Shown here: positions 41,261 to 56,100 of the stretch, piece after piece | Position numbering within the stretch: the stretch's first letter is position 1 | Layout of the letters: each line of letters starts with the position of its first letter | Assembly (NCBI GenBank): GCA_028826165.1 | Contig: JAPDFW010000011.1 | Span: 62,001-126,000, forward strand | Direction: 5' to 3' | From: Anaeramoeba ignava BMAN | Taxonomy: Eukaryota; Protista; Anaeramoebae | DNA: 64,000 bases | Notes under the pieces: generated by a model | The model's database searches: none | What the model saw: only the letters and a program-made list of their open reading frames with translations | What the model was told of the DNA's origin: nothing | Translations under genes and position numbers: made by a program

Positions 41261-44200
41261 TCAATCCAAATTTTCTTTTGATTTAGATTGAAAATTTTTT
41301 ATAAGCCAATCATTTAAAACTCTATTTGATATTCTTGCTTTTGCAATTCTGTTTTGAATCTTTTGAACTTGATAATCTATAAGACTTTTTGAAACAACCA
41401 ATTCTTGTATTTTTTTGATTGCAAATTCAATATATTTTTCTTGATCGATATGAGGAATTGAAAGAATTCTTAAAATCATCTCAACATTTGGAATTGTATT
41501 TTGATTCTGCGAAATTCTTTCAACACAAACAATCAAAAAGAAAAAAATAAAATTGCGATTTCGAGAACAAATACTTGTGAAAAATGAATCAATAATTCCT
41601 GATATTTTTGGATCTTTTGATAAAAAAACAAAAGATGCCAAATTGTCTTTAAATATTCTCAACAAATCCTCAATTTCTTGATCAATATTTAGTTGAAGTA
41701 TTTCCAAAATCAGATATTGCAATAATTTGAAAAATGTTGATATAAACTGGAAATTTTCTTGTTCTAAAAAGATCTCCTTTTTTTCTTCCTCTTCTTGTAA
41801 ATTTGGTGATAATTTTTCAACTGGAATCAAAGTATTTTCATTCGATAAATTGGTAATTTTAGGAAAGAAATCAATCATTTTCTTATGCAATTTCATCTCC
41901 AACAAAGTCAGAGGAATTTGAGGATTAACAGAGATAATATAAATAAGGAGTCTTAAATAATTGAGGAAAATTGACCAACTTATTGAAAAAGTTTTCATCT
42001 TTTTTAAAATTTTAAAAATTAATATAAAATTAATATAAAATTATTATAAAATTAATAAATTTTTGTTGTTATTACATTATCAACTAAATATTTGATGAAT
42101 CCTTGGAAAAACAAATTGTTTTGTTGGATAAACTCCTTTCCAAAATTCTCGTTTTCTTGCATACTGTTTACTCCTTTGAATATAGTTTGAAGTAAATTGT
42201 ACGTTTCAAATTTTTGTTTATCACTCAAAATATCATCGTTTATCAGTCGATTAATCGAGATTGGACAGACAGGATCTTTCAACTCAGAAATCAACCATTT
42301 GAAAAGGGATTTTGATTTTTGGAAAATTGATTGAATTTTTTGATCCCAATCGAATAACTGCATTTTAGCAGGAACAAAAACAACAACTCTAAAAATGGAA
42401 TGGATAATTAATTTCATCACTTCATCATCCCAGTCGCTCAGAACACCTTCTTTCTTGTTATAAATCCCATCTAGAATTCTTGAGCAAAAATCTATGAATT
42501 GATCATTAATGTCTGTTGGAGGTGAATATGAATCAACAACTGCATCTGAGAAAGAATCTCCACTTTCCCGAGTGCCAATAAGATCAAATTCGCTAATGTT
42601 CTCGAGACTGTTGATATTTTCCTGCGAACTATTGAGTACTAAATCTTCTGGATTTCCGTTTGTTTGTTCACTATTGGGATTCTCTATTTTTTTCACGATT
42701 TCTGTTTGCTTTTCATTTTCGTTGAAAGTTTCTTTTGTTTCTTCTTCTGTGCAGGAATCCCGCTCGTAAAATAAGAGATATGCAGAAAACGGTTTTCCTC
42801 CAAAGGCCATTTTAGGTAATTCTGAAGTATCGAAAATATCAACCTTTCGATCATCGAATTTATGCCATTTTGGAATTGGATATTCAGGATCGACACTAAT
42901 CTCATCAATATCTTCTGCATCATCCTCTGATTGCTCGTGATCGCTTGTATTGTTTTGGTATATTTCTGCTAAATTCTCTTGAGTATTGAAATTATATAAT
43001 TTTTCTGTTTGATTTTCTTGAATATTGAAATTATATAATTTTTCTGTTTGATTTTCTTGAATGTAGGAAATATAATGGCCTTGATTTAAATTTCCGTTAT
43101 GAACAACAACTCCAACAAGATGATAATGGAAGTAGTCAGGTGAATGCTTGATTGTTTTGCATTTTTCATTTTGATTTCCATTATTTTTTTGATTTTCATT
43201 TTGGTTTTGATTTTCATGATTCTCAATTTGAATTTGAATTTGCTTCGTTTTGATCTTAGTTTGTCTCTCTTTTTCTTCCAAAGTAAACTTGCTCATATCA
43301 AGTTCCACTGGAAATTCAAATTCAGAATCAACTTTAGTCCGGCTACCATTTTGTGGGTTATACTCAAATCTTTTTAAATGAATAATTAAAATTTTTGGAA
43401 GCGATCCAAAATATATTTTTTTCAATGCATCCACTTTCTTTTCACATTTGGAACAATAAAATTGGTTTTCTGCCTTCATAAACTCGCCTTCAACATAATG
43501 CTCCAATGATTCAATCAAATTTGTCTTGTGTTTCACTTCAACAGAGACAGACAGCTCCTTCTCAATGTGGTTTATTTTGTGCCTCTTCTCGTTGCAAATA
43601 AAATGGTTCACCAATTCAACTTCAAATAATTTCTGCAACAAATCATAATTTTCTGTGTTTTTCAAAGCTCTTGCGATTTTGTCAAAGAGATTGTGAAGAA
43701 ATTCAATCGCATCTTCTTGTTTTCCAGCTTTTATTGGATTTCCATCGATATTTTTAAATGTTTGACAAAATTCAAAAGTACTTTGTGATTTGTCTTCCTT
43801 TCTTTGAAGTCCTTGAAATATTTTCTTCAGTTCAAATAAAACAGGAATTGCATCATCTTGTTCATCATCAGTTTGCTGTTGTGATTCTAAAATGATTTAT
43901 AAAAAGAATTAAATAAAAAGAAATTTTTCTTTGATTTTGTTTTTTTTCAATTATTACTTAATAATTCTTCAGTATTAATTGATAAAATTGTTTCTCGAAA
44001 AAATTGGATTCCAAATAATTGCTGAAGCACAGAATTCGCATAACAAGTAGAGCCAATATTTTCAAGACCAACATATCCATCTGCATTAGCATCTTCGGTA
44101 AAAGAAAACTTGTCTTGTATTCTGTAGTTTTTCTTGATTTGATTCACAAATGGATCAAGTTTATTAAAACAACTTGAAAGTATTTTAAAAGATAATTTTT

Positions 44201-47200
44201 GGTCTTGTTTCATGATTTCAAGAAACAATTTCTTGCACATTTTGCGTGGGAAATCTTCGTGAAAGACTAGAAGAAAAGCATCAACCAGTTCACCAACAAG
44301 AGATTCAGTTTCCAAATAAAAATCATTAGACTTATCGCTATCAGAAAACACTTTGCGTTTTTCGGTTTCAAAAATGAACAATAATTTGAGTAACTTAATA
44401 AGCAATCCGACAACAATTTCAAATTTGGGATCTGTGAATTTTTTCGCAAGAAATTTCCTGATTTGGTTTGAAACTTGATAGTAAATGTTTTTCTTTTGGT
44501 TAAGGATAAGGATTTGATGAGTCGAAATCAAGCGTTTTGTTTCAGTCTTTACTAAATCCAGAAGAAGATGAAAATATTCGTGAATTGTGGTTTTGTATTT
44601 CCAGACATAAGGCAAGAATTCGAAGATTTGGTCGAAGAAAAGTCTTCTGAGCTTGGAGTTCTTCATTTCGTCATGAGTTTCTTTTTTGTTTTCGTGTGAA
44701 TTTTCTTGTGATGAGAAAAACTTGATAAACCGAAAAACAGATTTTTTGATTGAATCGCATTTGTTTGTAATAAGACTAAAAAAAATCCATTTCGAAAATT
44801 CAGAGTGAATCTTGACAGACTGCCTTCCTCCTTTTCTGGGAGAAGTAACAAGCATAAAAGAGTGTTGGTTCTGTATCCTTGGCGATGCGAAGTGGAATAA
44901 TTTTGACGGATCCTTGATAGAAATCAAAAGGAGCATGTAAATAGAAGTATCAACAAGTGATTCAATCATTGCTTGAATTGAATGATCTCTTGATGAAATG
45001 TATATTTGGAATGAAGAAGAGAATTTCGAGAAGAATTGGGTTGCACGAAATAGTGAGTCTGTTAGTTCTTCTTCAGAATCGGGATTCTGAAGCTGCAAAA
45101 GTGCTTTTGTTTTCATGATTTTTTTGGATTCCATTTTGCGGTTAAGCGGTTGAAACGAAATCAAAAACAAAATTTCGTTAGTTATTTGCATTAAAATTGT
45201 CAAGAGCACTGAATAACTTTGTATAATATAGCGAAACAAAGAAAGCTGATAAAAATATCGCTGTTTGGAAAAGTTTTTGATCGAGAAAGTGGACATAAAA
45301 TTTCCTGAACTTTTCAAACTAACCAGATTATTCAAGCTCCGAAATTTTTCCACTTTGGAAGTTTGTTGAGAAATGCTTATTCTCAAGCTGCTCTTCAGAA
45401 AGCTTTTTCTTTTCCAACTCCTCCATTTTTTTGTGGAAGTAATTCACAATGTCTGTGAAAATTGTGATCAAATGGTCGACTCCTCCTTTTGCAAATAGAG
45501 CTTCACACCAATTATAATTTTTAAAATGGAAAAAATGGTATTTCTCTTTGCACAAATCTTCTTTGTGGAAAAAAAACAGCTGCATTGTTTGTAGTTGATA
45601 TAATAATTTATAGAAATTGTTTTTGTTGATAAAATCCCATTGAATTGTGTCATTTTGTAATTCTTCTGTTTGAGTTTTATTTGGATTTTCAATTTGCTTG
45701 TCGTTTTGTTTTTTTCTTTTGCTTTTTTCTTTGAAATATTCGTCCATATCTGCTTTTTTTTTGAGTACATTTGGCGGGATGTGGGCTGGTGGTGGTATTG
45801 TAGATGAAACATTGAATAAAGGTTCTACAAATCGGAAATTTGTTGGTAATAAAGATATCAATTCAAAGGTTTCAGAAGCAATTAAATGTGAGAAATTCCA
45901 AAGTGTTACTAAATGGTCAAAATTTTCTTCATAGAGTAGAAAAAGCGCAGGAAATCTTGCATTTGCAGTAAAGTATGATTTTGTTTTGGATGAAAGGATG
46001 TTGAGTTTCTAATAAAAATTTAAATATTTGAAATGATTTAAATATTTTGAAATATTTTGAATATTTGAAATTTACTTTCATTTTCACAAAACAACCAACT
46101 GACGTCTCCTTCATCTGTTGCGTATTTTGAGTAATTTCAGAAATTGAATCAGGATGCCCATTTGGAACCCTTGTAAAAGAAAGAACGCAAGTATCTGAAT
46201 CCTTTTAGAAAATTTAAAGGTTTTTGGATATTCTCACGTTTCAAAACATTTTTGTTGTGAATAAAAACAAGCTCATTAACAGGTATTTCCATAATTTCGG
46301 AAACTAAATTCACAATTGATAATAACGGAATATGAGTGTATGTTTTGAAAGAGAAACATAAAGTATTCTCTGTGCGTATTTGCACCTTGATAGATTCAAA
46401 TCCAATTCGTGAAATGTGAGGAAGCAATTCTTCTGTGAATTTGAAGTATGAGAATTTTTCATCGTATTGAATCACAAATTCTTTGAACAAAGAAATGAAA
46501 CGAATAATCCTTAATTCAGTAATTTCTGTTGGATCATAAACCAAAAAAGAATTTTGCATTATTGATTTCGTTTTTGATTGGCGAGTCTCTTTTGGTTGAA
46601 TTTTTGATTCTGTTTTGTATTTATGAGAAACTTCTCGAAATTTTTCCATGCAAGTCTCAAGAAAGCTAAATTGATCCTTTCGTGTTTCTTGAGTTGATAT
46701 TGAGAGAAAAAGTTGCACACAAAAATCGATTGCATGTTGTCCAACTGAATTATCAATTGCAGAACTGATGATATTAAGTAGGTGTTCAAATCCAACTAAA
46801 TTTTTGGAGCGAACAATAAAATAGTTCATATAAACAGATTTTTTTTGTTTCTGTGTTGTGATCCGTTTCTCGACCCTTGTATCTGTGTGAATCTTCTTCA
46901 AGTGGAATTATTGCGCTATTTTCCTTGTTGTGAAAAAGGAAATATTCTCGAAAAACTTCGAATTGCGAAGGATAAAGATGAGCAGGATCCAATCCACAAA
47001 TATTATTTGTAAACAGTTTTTTAAGAATATCCGTTTGAATTGAATTTGTTGATTTAGTTGCCAAATTATTTATTTCTTTCGATTGTATTTTTCCTACTTC
47101 AAAAACACTTTGTTGTTCATCATTTCCAGATTCAGAGTTTTCTTTTATGAGCTTTTCTAGCCATTGGAAGAAGATATCAATTTCTGTTTTAGTTATGTGC

Positions 47201-49762
47201 TTTGTGATGATTATATCCCATATTTTGTTGATTTGTAAAAAAGTAAGTGTGATTTTGGGTTTTTCAAGTAAGCATTCAAGAAATTCCAATCTCTTTCTAA
47301 TTTCATCAGCATGCGAAAAGTTTCCTGCAAGACATTTTGCATTTGCATCAAATGGTTCATGATAAGCAAATTCTTTATAAAAAAATTTAATAATAAAATT
47401 TAATAATAAAATTTAATAATAAAAATATTTTTATCATTTTGATTTACTTTCTTCGCTAACTCCTTTCATCTTCTGAAACTCAATGATAGAAAAATCATAA
47501 TATGTGCTCAAATCCTCAATTATCAAATCAATCAAATGATATTTCTTCTCCGCATTAATAAACTCCACCCAAGAAAGCTTGTTGAGATCCTTTGCATTTG
47601 ACTTATTGGGATCAACAAAAGATAAAATTTCATTCAAAAGATCAAGAGAAGAAGGAATATCTTGTCTTTTAAGAAGATTCTTAAGACACACTAGTTTAAA
47701 ATAGTCTCGATAAATTCCACATTCGCCAAGAAACAATATCTCTTGGAATGTCTTCTTGATTTGCGATCCAAGATTTCTTCCTGTATAAACAGTATTGAGC
47801 AATTTCCACAAGGTCAGAAGTCCAAATCCTTCGATATTGATTTGCTCAATCTCAGAAATAAGTTGTTTTTCAGGAATGTTATCTTTGGATTCCTTGGAAA
47901 TCTTGTTCAGATAAACCTCAATGCTCTTTGCTGAGTTGCGATTGTTGAGATTCTTGTTTCGGATTGCTTTTCGTGTAATCGAGTCAATAAAAGAAACAAG
48001 TCGACTATCTGGATGCGAAATTTCCAAATCTTGAAATAGATTATTTAATTCAGAAAGATTTTCTGTTGTTAAAAAAGACACTATTTTTGTAAATAGGTTC
48101 ATAATTTCCATGCTTTTCGTATCATTAATCTTGCTTGGTAGATAATCATTAACAAGAAATATCCAAATTTGGTTTATTAATTCATTTGGGAATATCCCAT
48201 ATTTCAGCAACCAAACTAACAGTGTTTTGAGATATTTCGCAAAATTGGATTTCAGTTGATTTTCACAGCATCCATCAAATACAGTGGATATATAATACTG
48301 AAAAAGAGCAACAGCAATATTTTGAAAAGTTTGGCAGTTTTCTTCCAATTTAGCTTCTTTTATATCCTGTATTTTTGTTGTGATTGATTCAAGTTCCTTA
48401 TCCAATTCCTGAAAGAAAATGTTTTTTTTCTCAATTCCACTTTTTGATAAAAGAAAATTAATGAAAATTTCAATTTTGGCTGTTAAAGAATTAGTGTTGA
48501 TTTTTGTATCTGTACTCAATATTGGTATTTTTTTTTGGAAAAATGCAAATATATTGAAGAGTGATTGAGTTTCTTCCTGATAAATTTCTGGTTTAAATGA
48601 TCGAAGTCGAGAAATGACTGATTGAACAAAGATTTCATTGAAATGAGTTTGAAATCCAAGATCAAAATTGAAGTAATTCTTTATTTTTATTTTTATATTT
48701 TTTATTTGTTTTAATTAAGATTTTTTTAATTAAAAATTTTGGATTTTCTTACTCGATCAATTATTTCTGTCATTTTTTCTATATGAATAAGTTTTAGTGA
48801 TTTTGATGAAGAAATTTCATTTAAAAAAAGATCAAATCCAGCAAAAGATCCAAAAAATTGAATATTTTCAATTAAATACAAAGAAGTTTTCAAATCTTCA
48901 AACTTAGAAAAATGATTTAAATTTTAAATTTTAAATTTTAAATTAATTCTTTTTTTTTTTGAATTTACTTCTAATTGGGAATAAACGGTTGAATTTGTCC
49001 AAATTTGACCAGAAAAATTCATTTTAAATGATTTCTTAATCAAAGCATTTTCAAGAAGACTTGGTTTAACATCTTTTTGATTTTTATATTTCTTTTTTAA
49101 TCTTAATTTTTGTTTTTTGGATTTTTTCTTTTGATTTTCTTTTAAATAAAAAATTCTCCTTTCAAAATATTTTTGGTTTTGGAGAAATTTAGTAACATTA
49201 TCAAAAACATAACAACATTTAGAAAATCAAAAGATATAAAATAGAAAGAAATATATCAACATCAAAATTAAAATTTCTAATGCATTTTAATATGATTTCT
49301 TGGTAAATAAATTGCAGTGAATTTGAAGCTTCAAAAGTTTCAAAAGGTCTAAATTTAAAAAATTTAAAAAATTGGTTTAAAAATTTGTTTAAAAATTAAA
49401 AATTTGAATAAATATTAACTTGAGATTAACAAATGTTAAAAATAAAGGAATCGTTTTCTCATAAAAAATTTTAGATTTTTGATTAAAAGAATCTCCAATA
49501 GAAGTCAAAGTATCAACAAATGAATTAGTTACTTCTGTTGTAAATTCTAATATTGATTCATTTTGTTTTGAATCCAAATCTAAATTAAAAACAAACAAGT
49601 TAATTTTTTTTAATTTTTTTTAATTTAGATTTTTTTAATTTTTTTACTTTTATTATCAATTAATTGTTGAAATTTATTATTCAATTTTTCTATCTCTTGA
49701 ATTTCTTGTGTAATTTTTTGTGGTAAATCAATTCGAAATTCTTCCCAATCGTTTTCGTTCAT
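41261..49762 (-). CDS. Large ubiquitin-specific protease, USP9X/USP24/USP34-like
   Basis: Long helical N-terminus (LIENIQFFGSFAGF), GLENIGSTCYANSVLQQLF, QEDAIEF, C-x2-C (YCSKCEKK), IHLKRFEY, HNGNLNQGHYISYI, WHKFDD. Several apparent indels (about 45400, 46210, 46845, 49230). Confidence 0.85.
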
Positions 49763-50027
49763 CAAAAAATTTAATAATTTTTTTAAATTAAAAATAATAA
49801 TTAAAATTAAAAAAAAAAAATGAAAAATTTATTTGTGAAAAAAAAAAAAAAAAATTTTTTTTCATTTTAATTATTATTTTTAATTTATTTGAATTTGTAT
49901 TTTTATTTTAATTTTATTTTAGTTTTAATTCCTAAAAAGAAAAATGATTAATAAAAATTTTTTTAATGATTAAAATTTGATCAATAAAATTTAATCCACT
50001 TTTTCTTTTAATTAATTATTTTATCTT

Positions 50028-50797
50028 TTATTTTTTTTTATTTGGTTTTTTCTTTTTATGAGAAATTTTCAATTTTTTCTTTTTTTGTTTTTCTTTTTTT
50101 GATTTTGGTTTTGATTTTGATTTTGGTTTTGATTTTGGTTTTGATTTTAATTTTGATTTTGATTTTAATTTTGATTTTAAATTTGATTTTAATTTTTGTT
50201 CAATTTTTCTTTTCTTTTTATTTGCATTTGGATTTAAAATCTTTTTTGTATTTTTATTTGTATTTGTATTTGTATTTGTATTTGTATTTGTATTTGTATT
50301 TGTATTTGTATTTGTATTTGTATTTGTATTTGTATTTTTTTGGATTGATTGATTAATTAATGTTTTCTCAATTTCAGTTTCAACTTCAAATTTTGGATAA
50401 ACATCAATAACTTTTTCAATTTGTTTTCCAAAACTAAATTCTTGATTCTCAAGATCTGGAAAAACTGTTAAAATTTGTGAAATTTCTTCTTCTGAATTAT
50501 TAGTTGTTTCTTGAATTTTTAATTTATCAGTTTCAGTTTGAAATTGTCTATCTTTATCAATTTTTAATTCTAATCCATCTAATAAATTCACATCAACCTT
50601 TTTAATTATTTTAAATTTTTAATTTTAATTATTATTATTTTTATTATTTTTAAAAAATATACTGTGTTTGGAATTCTAAATAACCAAAGTTTTGTATTTG
50701 ATGTATTAATATTTCCTGCTTGAGAGATTTCAAATTTTTTTGTATTTGTTTTTTCATCATTTTTAATTTCAATATTTTCAAAAGATTTATGAAACAT
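50028..50797 (-). CDS. RNA polymerase I subunit RPA34-like, 2 exons
   Basis: TKLWLFRIPNT|VDVNLLDGLEL resembles the A34.5 LWLIxxP motif; long Lys-rich tail. Confidence 0.6.
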
Positions 50798-50879
50798 TTT
50801 TAAAAATGAAAAAAATGAAAAAAATGAAAAAATGATTTTTTATTCATTTTAAAAAAAAATTTTTTCTTTTTTTTTTTTT

Positions 50880-52030
50880 CAGATTTTGATTTTCAATTTG
50901 ATTTTGATTTTGATTTTGATTTTGATTTTGATTTTTGATTTGATTTTGAATTTGATTTTGAATTTGATTTTGAATTTGAATTTGATTTTAAATTTGATTT
51001 TAAATTTGAATTTGATTTTAAATTTGATTTTAAATTTGATTTTGATTTTAAATTTGAATTTGAATTTGAATTTGAATTTGATTTTGATTTTGAATTTAAA
51101 TTTGATTTTAATTTGAATTTGAATTTGAATTTGAATTTGAATTTGATTTTGATTTGATTTGATTTTGATTTTGATTTTAATTTTTTGAAAATTTTGATTT
51201 TGATTTTGATTTTGATTTTCAATTTGAATTTGAATTTGATTTTAAATTTGAATTTGATTTTTTGAATTTGATTTTTGATTTTGAATTTGATTTTGATTTT
51301 TAAATTTGATTTTGATTTTGATTTTGAATTTGATTTTGAATTTGAATTTTTTCATTTTGAATTTGATTTTTGATTTTTTAAATTTGATTTTGATTTTGAT
51401 TTGATTTTGATTTTAAATTTGATTTTGATTTTGATTTTGAATTTGATTTTTGAATTTGGAATTTTGAATTTGAATTTGAATTTGAATTTGAATTTGATTT
51501 TTGATTTTGATTTTTAAATTTTGATTTTTGATTTTGAATTTGAATTTGAATTGATTTTTTTTTGAATTTGATTTTGAATTTGATTTTGATTTTCATTTCA
51601 ATTTTCAATTTGATTTTCATTTTGAATTTGAATTTGATTTTCAATTTGAATTTGATTTTCAATTTGATTTTGATTTTGATTTTGATTTTAATTTTCAATT
51701 TGATTTTGATTTTGATTTTGAATTTGATTTTGAATTTGATTTTGATTTTGATTTGAATTTGAATTTGAATTTGAATTTGATTTTGAATTTCATTTTGATT
51801 TTAAATTTGATTTTGAATTTGAATTTGATTTTGAATTTGATTTTGATTTTAATTTTCAATTTGAATTTGAATTTGAATTTGAATTTGATTTTGAATTTGA
51901 TTTTGAATTTGATTTTGAATTTGAATTTGATTTTGATTTTAATTTTCAATTTGAATTTGATTTTGATTTTGATTTTGAATTTGAATTTGATTTTGATTTT
52001 GAATTTAAATTTCATTTTGATTTTGATTTT
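50880..52030. repeat. Intergenic TTTTGA/TTTGAA microsatellite
   Basis: Direct reading. Confidence 0.9.
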
Positions 52031-52033
52031 AAT

Positions 52034-53149
52034 TTATCGATTATTTGTTCCACCATAACCAGTTGATTTATGAGTGTTTGAAGAATGAAAATTTGAAGAG
52101 CGACGATTACGATCAGAAAATGATTGATGAGTATTTGAACTTCTTCTAGAACCTAAACCATAACCAAGTGCAGCTCCACCAGCAAATGAAAGAAGGCTAT
52201 TTGTTACATTATTTGTTGATCCATAATTAGGTCTTTGTGCTTGATAATTTGTATAATAATTTTGATTTGGATTTGGATTTGGATAAGGATTTTGATTTGG
52301 ATTTTGATTTGGATTTTGATTTGGCATTTGATTTGGCATTTGATTTTGATTTTGATTTCTGAATCTTCTTTGTTCTCCTCCAAAACAAACTTTTATTAAT
52401 CGATAAAATAAATAAACGAAAATTCCAAAAAAAATATAAGAAACTATCTTTGAAAAAATTCCTTTTTGCGTTTTATAATTTTCATAATACGGATCTCGAT
52501 AATTTCCTCTTTCATTTCTTCTATTATTATCAATATAATCAATTGTATATCCTATTTTTAAAATTAAAATTAAAATTAAAATTAAATTAAAATTAAAATT
52601 AAAATTAAAAATTAAAATTAAAATCATAATTAAAATTAAAATTAAAATTAAAATTTATAAATATACTTAATCCACAACTTCCTTGAACAACATATCTATC
52701 ATTTGGATTATCATAACCTTCACAAGAAACTTCAATAAAATTAAATATCATATCAGAAGGCATATCAGCTTCACATTTCCATTGAAAAGTGTTTCCATCA
52801 AATCCTTGATTATAACATTGAATTGTTTGGTGGTTCATAAGAACATTTTGCAGTTCCTCCAATACATTCTATTTGTTGAATTGGCCTAACATTTCTTGAT
52901 TTTGTTAATCTTCCTTGATGAAGTGTTAATACTTGAATCTATTATTATTAATAATAAATAAATAAGTGAATAAATGAAAAAATTATTATTTTTATTATTT
53001 TTGTTAAAATTGGAATTAATTTTTAAATTTAAATTTTAATTTGAAAAACAAACATCTTTCATTAATATTTTATTAGATCTTGGATACGAATAAATATCTT
53101 GAATTAATAAAAAGGAAAAAAGAATAAAATTTAATAGTAAATGTTTCAT
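52034..53149 (-). CDS. SARAF: SARAF/TMEM66-like protein, copy 2 (full C-terminus)
   Basis: Lumenal domain near-identical to copy 1; keeps GGAALGYGLG and the terminal STGYGGTNNR. Same extra nucleotide at about 52827. Confidence 0.82.
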
Positions 53150-53197
53150 TGTTTTTATTTTAAAAAAAAAAGGAAAAAAATGAAAAATAAATTTTTA

Positions 53198-56100
53198 TTA
53201 ATTTTTTAATTTGTTTGATAAATCTTTAAATTGTGAATATTTTTCTCTAATTATATCTTTTCCTTTTTTATCAATTTTCTTTTTTTCAAAAAAAGTGTTT
53301 ATAAACTCTTGAAAATGTATAAAGATCCAAAAATATTCTTAATTTATCTTGTTTAATTTTGTTTTTAATTTGATTTCCATTTTCATTTTGATTTTCAAAT
53401 TGATTTTATCTTGAATAAAGGTTTTATCAATTTTATCTTGTGGAAATCCATAATGTTTATTAAATTCTAAAATATATCCATATATTTCTTTTTTGATTAT
53501 TGATTTTTCAATTAATAATTGTTTTAAATTCATTTTTTTGTAGTTCTTTTGGTTGTTGTAAAATATATCTTTGAATATTTAATCTTGAATTTGAAGTTTC
53601 GATAGCTTGATATTCTTTTTTTTCGAAATCAAATTCTCTTTTAATTTTATTTGGAAATTCTTCAAAAATTCTGAAATAATGATTTTTACAACTTTTTAAT
53701 ATTTTTCGTGTTCTAAATCCTCGATATAATTTTGTAATTTTAATTGATGATTTTGTTTCAATATATCTTTTTAATTTGAAAATTAAATGAATATGAATCA
53801 ATATTTTGGAATAATCATTATCATCTTTTGCTTCTCTTTCATTTTTATATTTGAATTTTTTCTTGAAACTTTCCATTTTGACTATAAATATTCGATAAAG
53901 ATAAATTGATTCTTCATTTGAAAATTTTAATTGATTTAATTTCATTAAATTTTGGATCATTGTTTTTGTTTTTCCTTGAAATTTATTCAAAATATTTTCA
54001 TATTGTTTGATGATATTCTTCGTTGAATGAAGAACATCTTGCATTTTTTTTGTATTTGATTCTTTTGGTATCATATAAATTATATTCAGATATATTAATT
54101 GCTAAGATTTTTCCAATTTCCATTTTATTTATTTCTTGAATAATTTCTTTTATATTTTTTTCTTTATCAAAATTAATTTGTTTTTGGATTGGTTTTATAT
54201 CATAAAAAAGCATCATTTGTTTTTCATTAAACTCAAAATTTTCATTATTATTTTTTGTATTACTTTCATTATTAATATTATTAATATTATTATCATTATT
54301 TTTGTTTTACTGATTCTATAGGTTTAGAAAAAGAAAAATTAAAAATCAAATTAATTCAAATTATATATTAAAATTACTTTTCTGTTTCATCAAAAGATAT
54401 TAAATCTTCAATAGAATCGATTTTGTTAATTTCTGGTTTTTCAATTATTTTTTTTTGATTTTGGTTTGTTTTCTTCTTTTTTAGATTCATTTTTAGATTC
54501 ATTTTTAGATTTATGTTCAGATTTATGTTTAGATTTATTTTTAGATTCATTTTTAGATTTATTTTTAGATTCATTTTTAGATTCATTTTTAGATTCATTT
54601 TTAGGTTCATTTTTAGATTCATTTTTAGATTCATTTTTAGATTCATTTTTAGATTCATTTTTAGATTCATTTTTAGATTCATTTTTAGATTCATTTTTAG
54701 ATTCATTTTTAGATTTATGCTTAGATTCATTTTTAGATTCATTTTTAGATTCATTTTTAGATTCATTTTTAGATTCATTTTTAGATTCATTTTTAGATTC
54801 ATTTTTAGATTCATTTTTAGATTCATTTTTAGATTCATTTTTAGATTTAGATTCATTTTTAGATTCATTTTTAGATTCATTTTTAGTTTCATTTTTTAGA
54901 TTTAGTTTCATTTTTAGTTTCATTTTTAGTTTCATTTTTAGATTCATTTTTAGATTCATTTTTAGTTTCATTTTTAGATTCATTTTTAGTTTCATTTTTA
55001 GTTTCATTTTTAGATTCATTTTTAGATTCATTTTTAGTTTCATTTTTATATTCATGTTTAGATTCATTTTTAGATTCATTTTTAGATTCATTTTTAGATT
55101 CATTTTTAGATTCATTTTTATATTCATTTTTAGATTTATTTTTAGTTTCATTTTTATATTCATTTTTAGATTCATTTTTAGTTTCATTTTTAGATTTATG
55201 TTTATATTCATTTTTAGATTTATGTTTAGATTTATTTTTAGTTTCATTTTTAGATTTATTTTTAGATTCATTTTTAGATTCATTTTTAGATTCATTTTTA
55301 GATTTATTTTTAGATTCATTTTTAGTTTCATTTTTAGTTTCATTTTTAGTTTCATTTTTAGTTTCATTTTTAGATTTATCTTTAGATTTATGTTTAGATT
55401 TATTTTTAGATTCATTTTTAGATTTATCTTTAGATTTATGTTTAGATTTATGTTTAGATTCATTTTTAGATTTATCTTTAGATTCATGTTTAGTTTCATT
55501 TTTAGATTCATTTTTAGATTCATTTTTAGTTTCATTTTTAGATTTATCTTTAGATTTATGTTTAGATTCATTTTTAGTTTCATTTTTAGATTTATTTTTA
55601 GTTTCATTTTTAGATTTATTTTTAGATTTATCTTTAGATTTATGTTTAGATTCATGTTTAGATTTATGTTTAGATTCATTTTTAGATTTATTTTTAGATT
55701 CATTTTTAGATTTATTTTTAGATTCATGTTTAGATTCATTTTTAGGTTCATTTTTAGGTTCATTTTTAGTTTCATTTTTAGTTTCATTTTTAGTTTCATT
55801 TTTAGATTCATTTTTAGTTTCATTTTTAGTTTCATTTTTAGTTTCATTTTTAGATTTATTTTTAGATTCATGTTTAGTTTCATTTTTAGTTTCATTTTTA
55901 GATTCATTTTTAGATTCATTTTTAGATTCATTTTTAGATTTATCTTTAGATTTATGTTTAGATTCATTTTTAGATTCATTTTTAGATTCATGTTTAGATT
56001 CATTTTTAGATTCATTTTTAGGTTCATTTTTAGTTTCATTTTTAGTTTCATTTTTAGTTTCATTTTTAGTTTCATTTTTAGTTTCATTTTTAGTTTCATT

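Noticed and set aside
45328-46901. Multiple frameshifts in the USP9X-like gene as programmed frameshifting or pseudogenisation
   Set aside because: They fall at or near A/T homopolymers, and similar indels hit housekeeping genes such as CEBPZ, so long-read consensus error is the simpler explanation.
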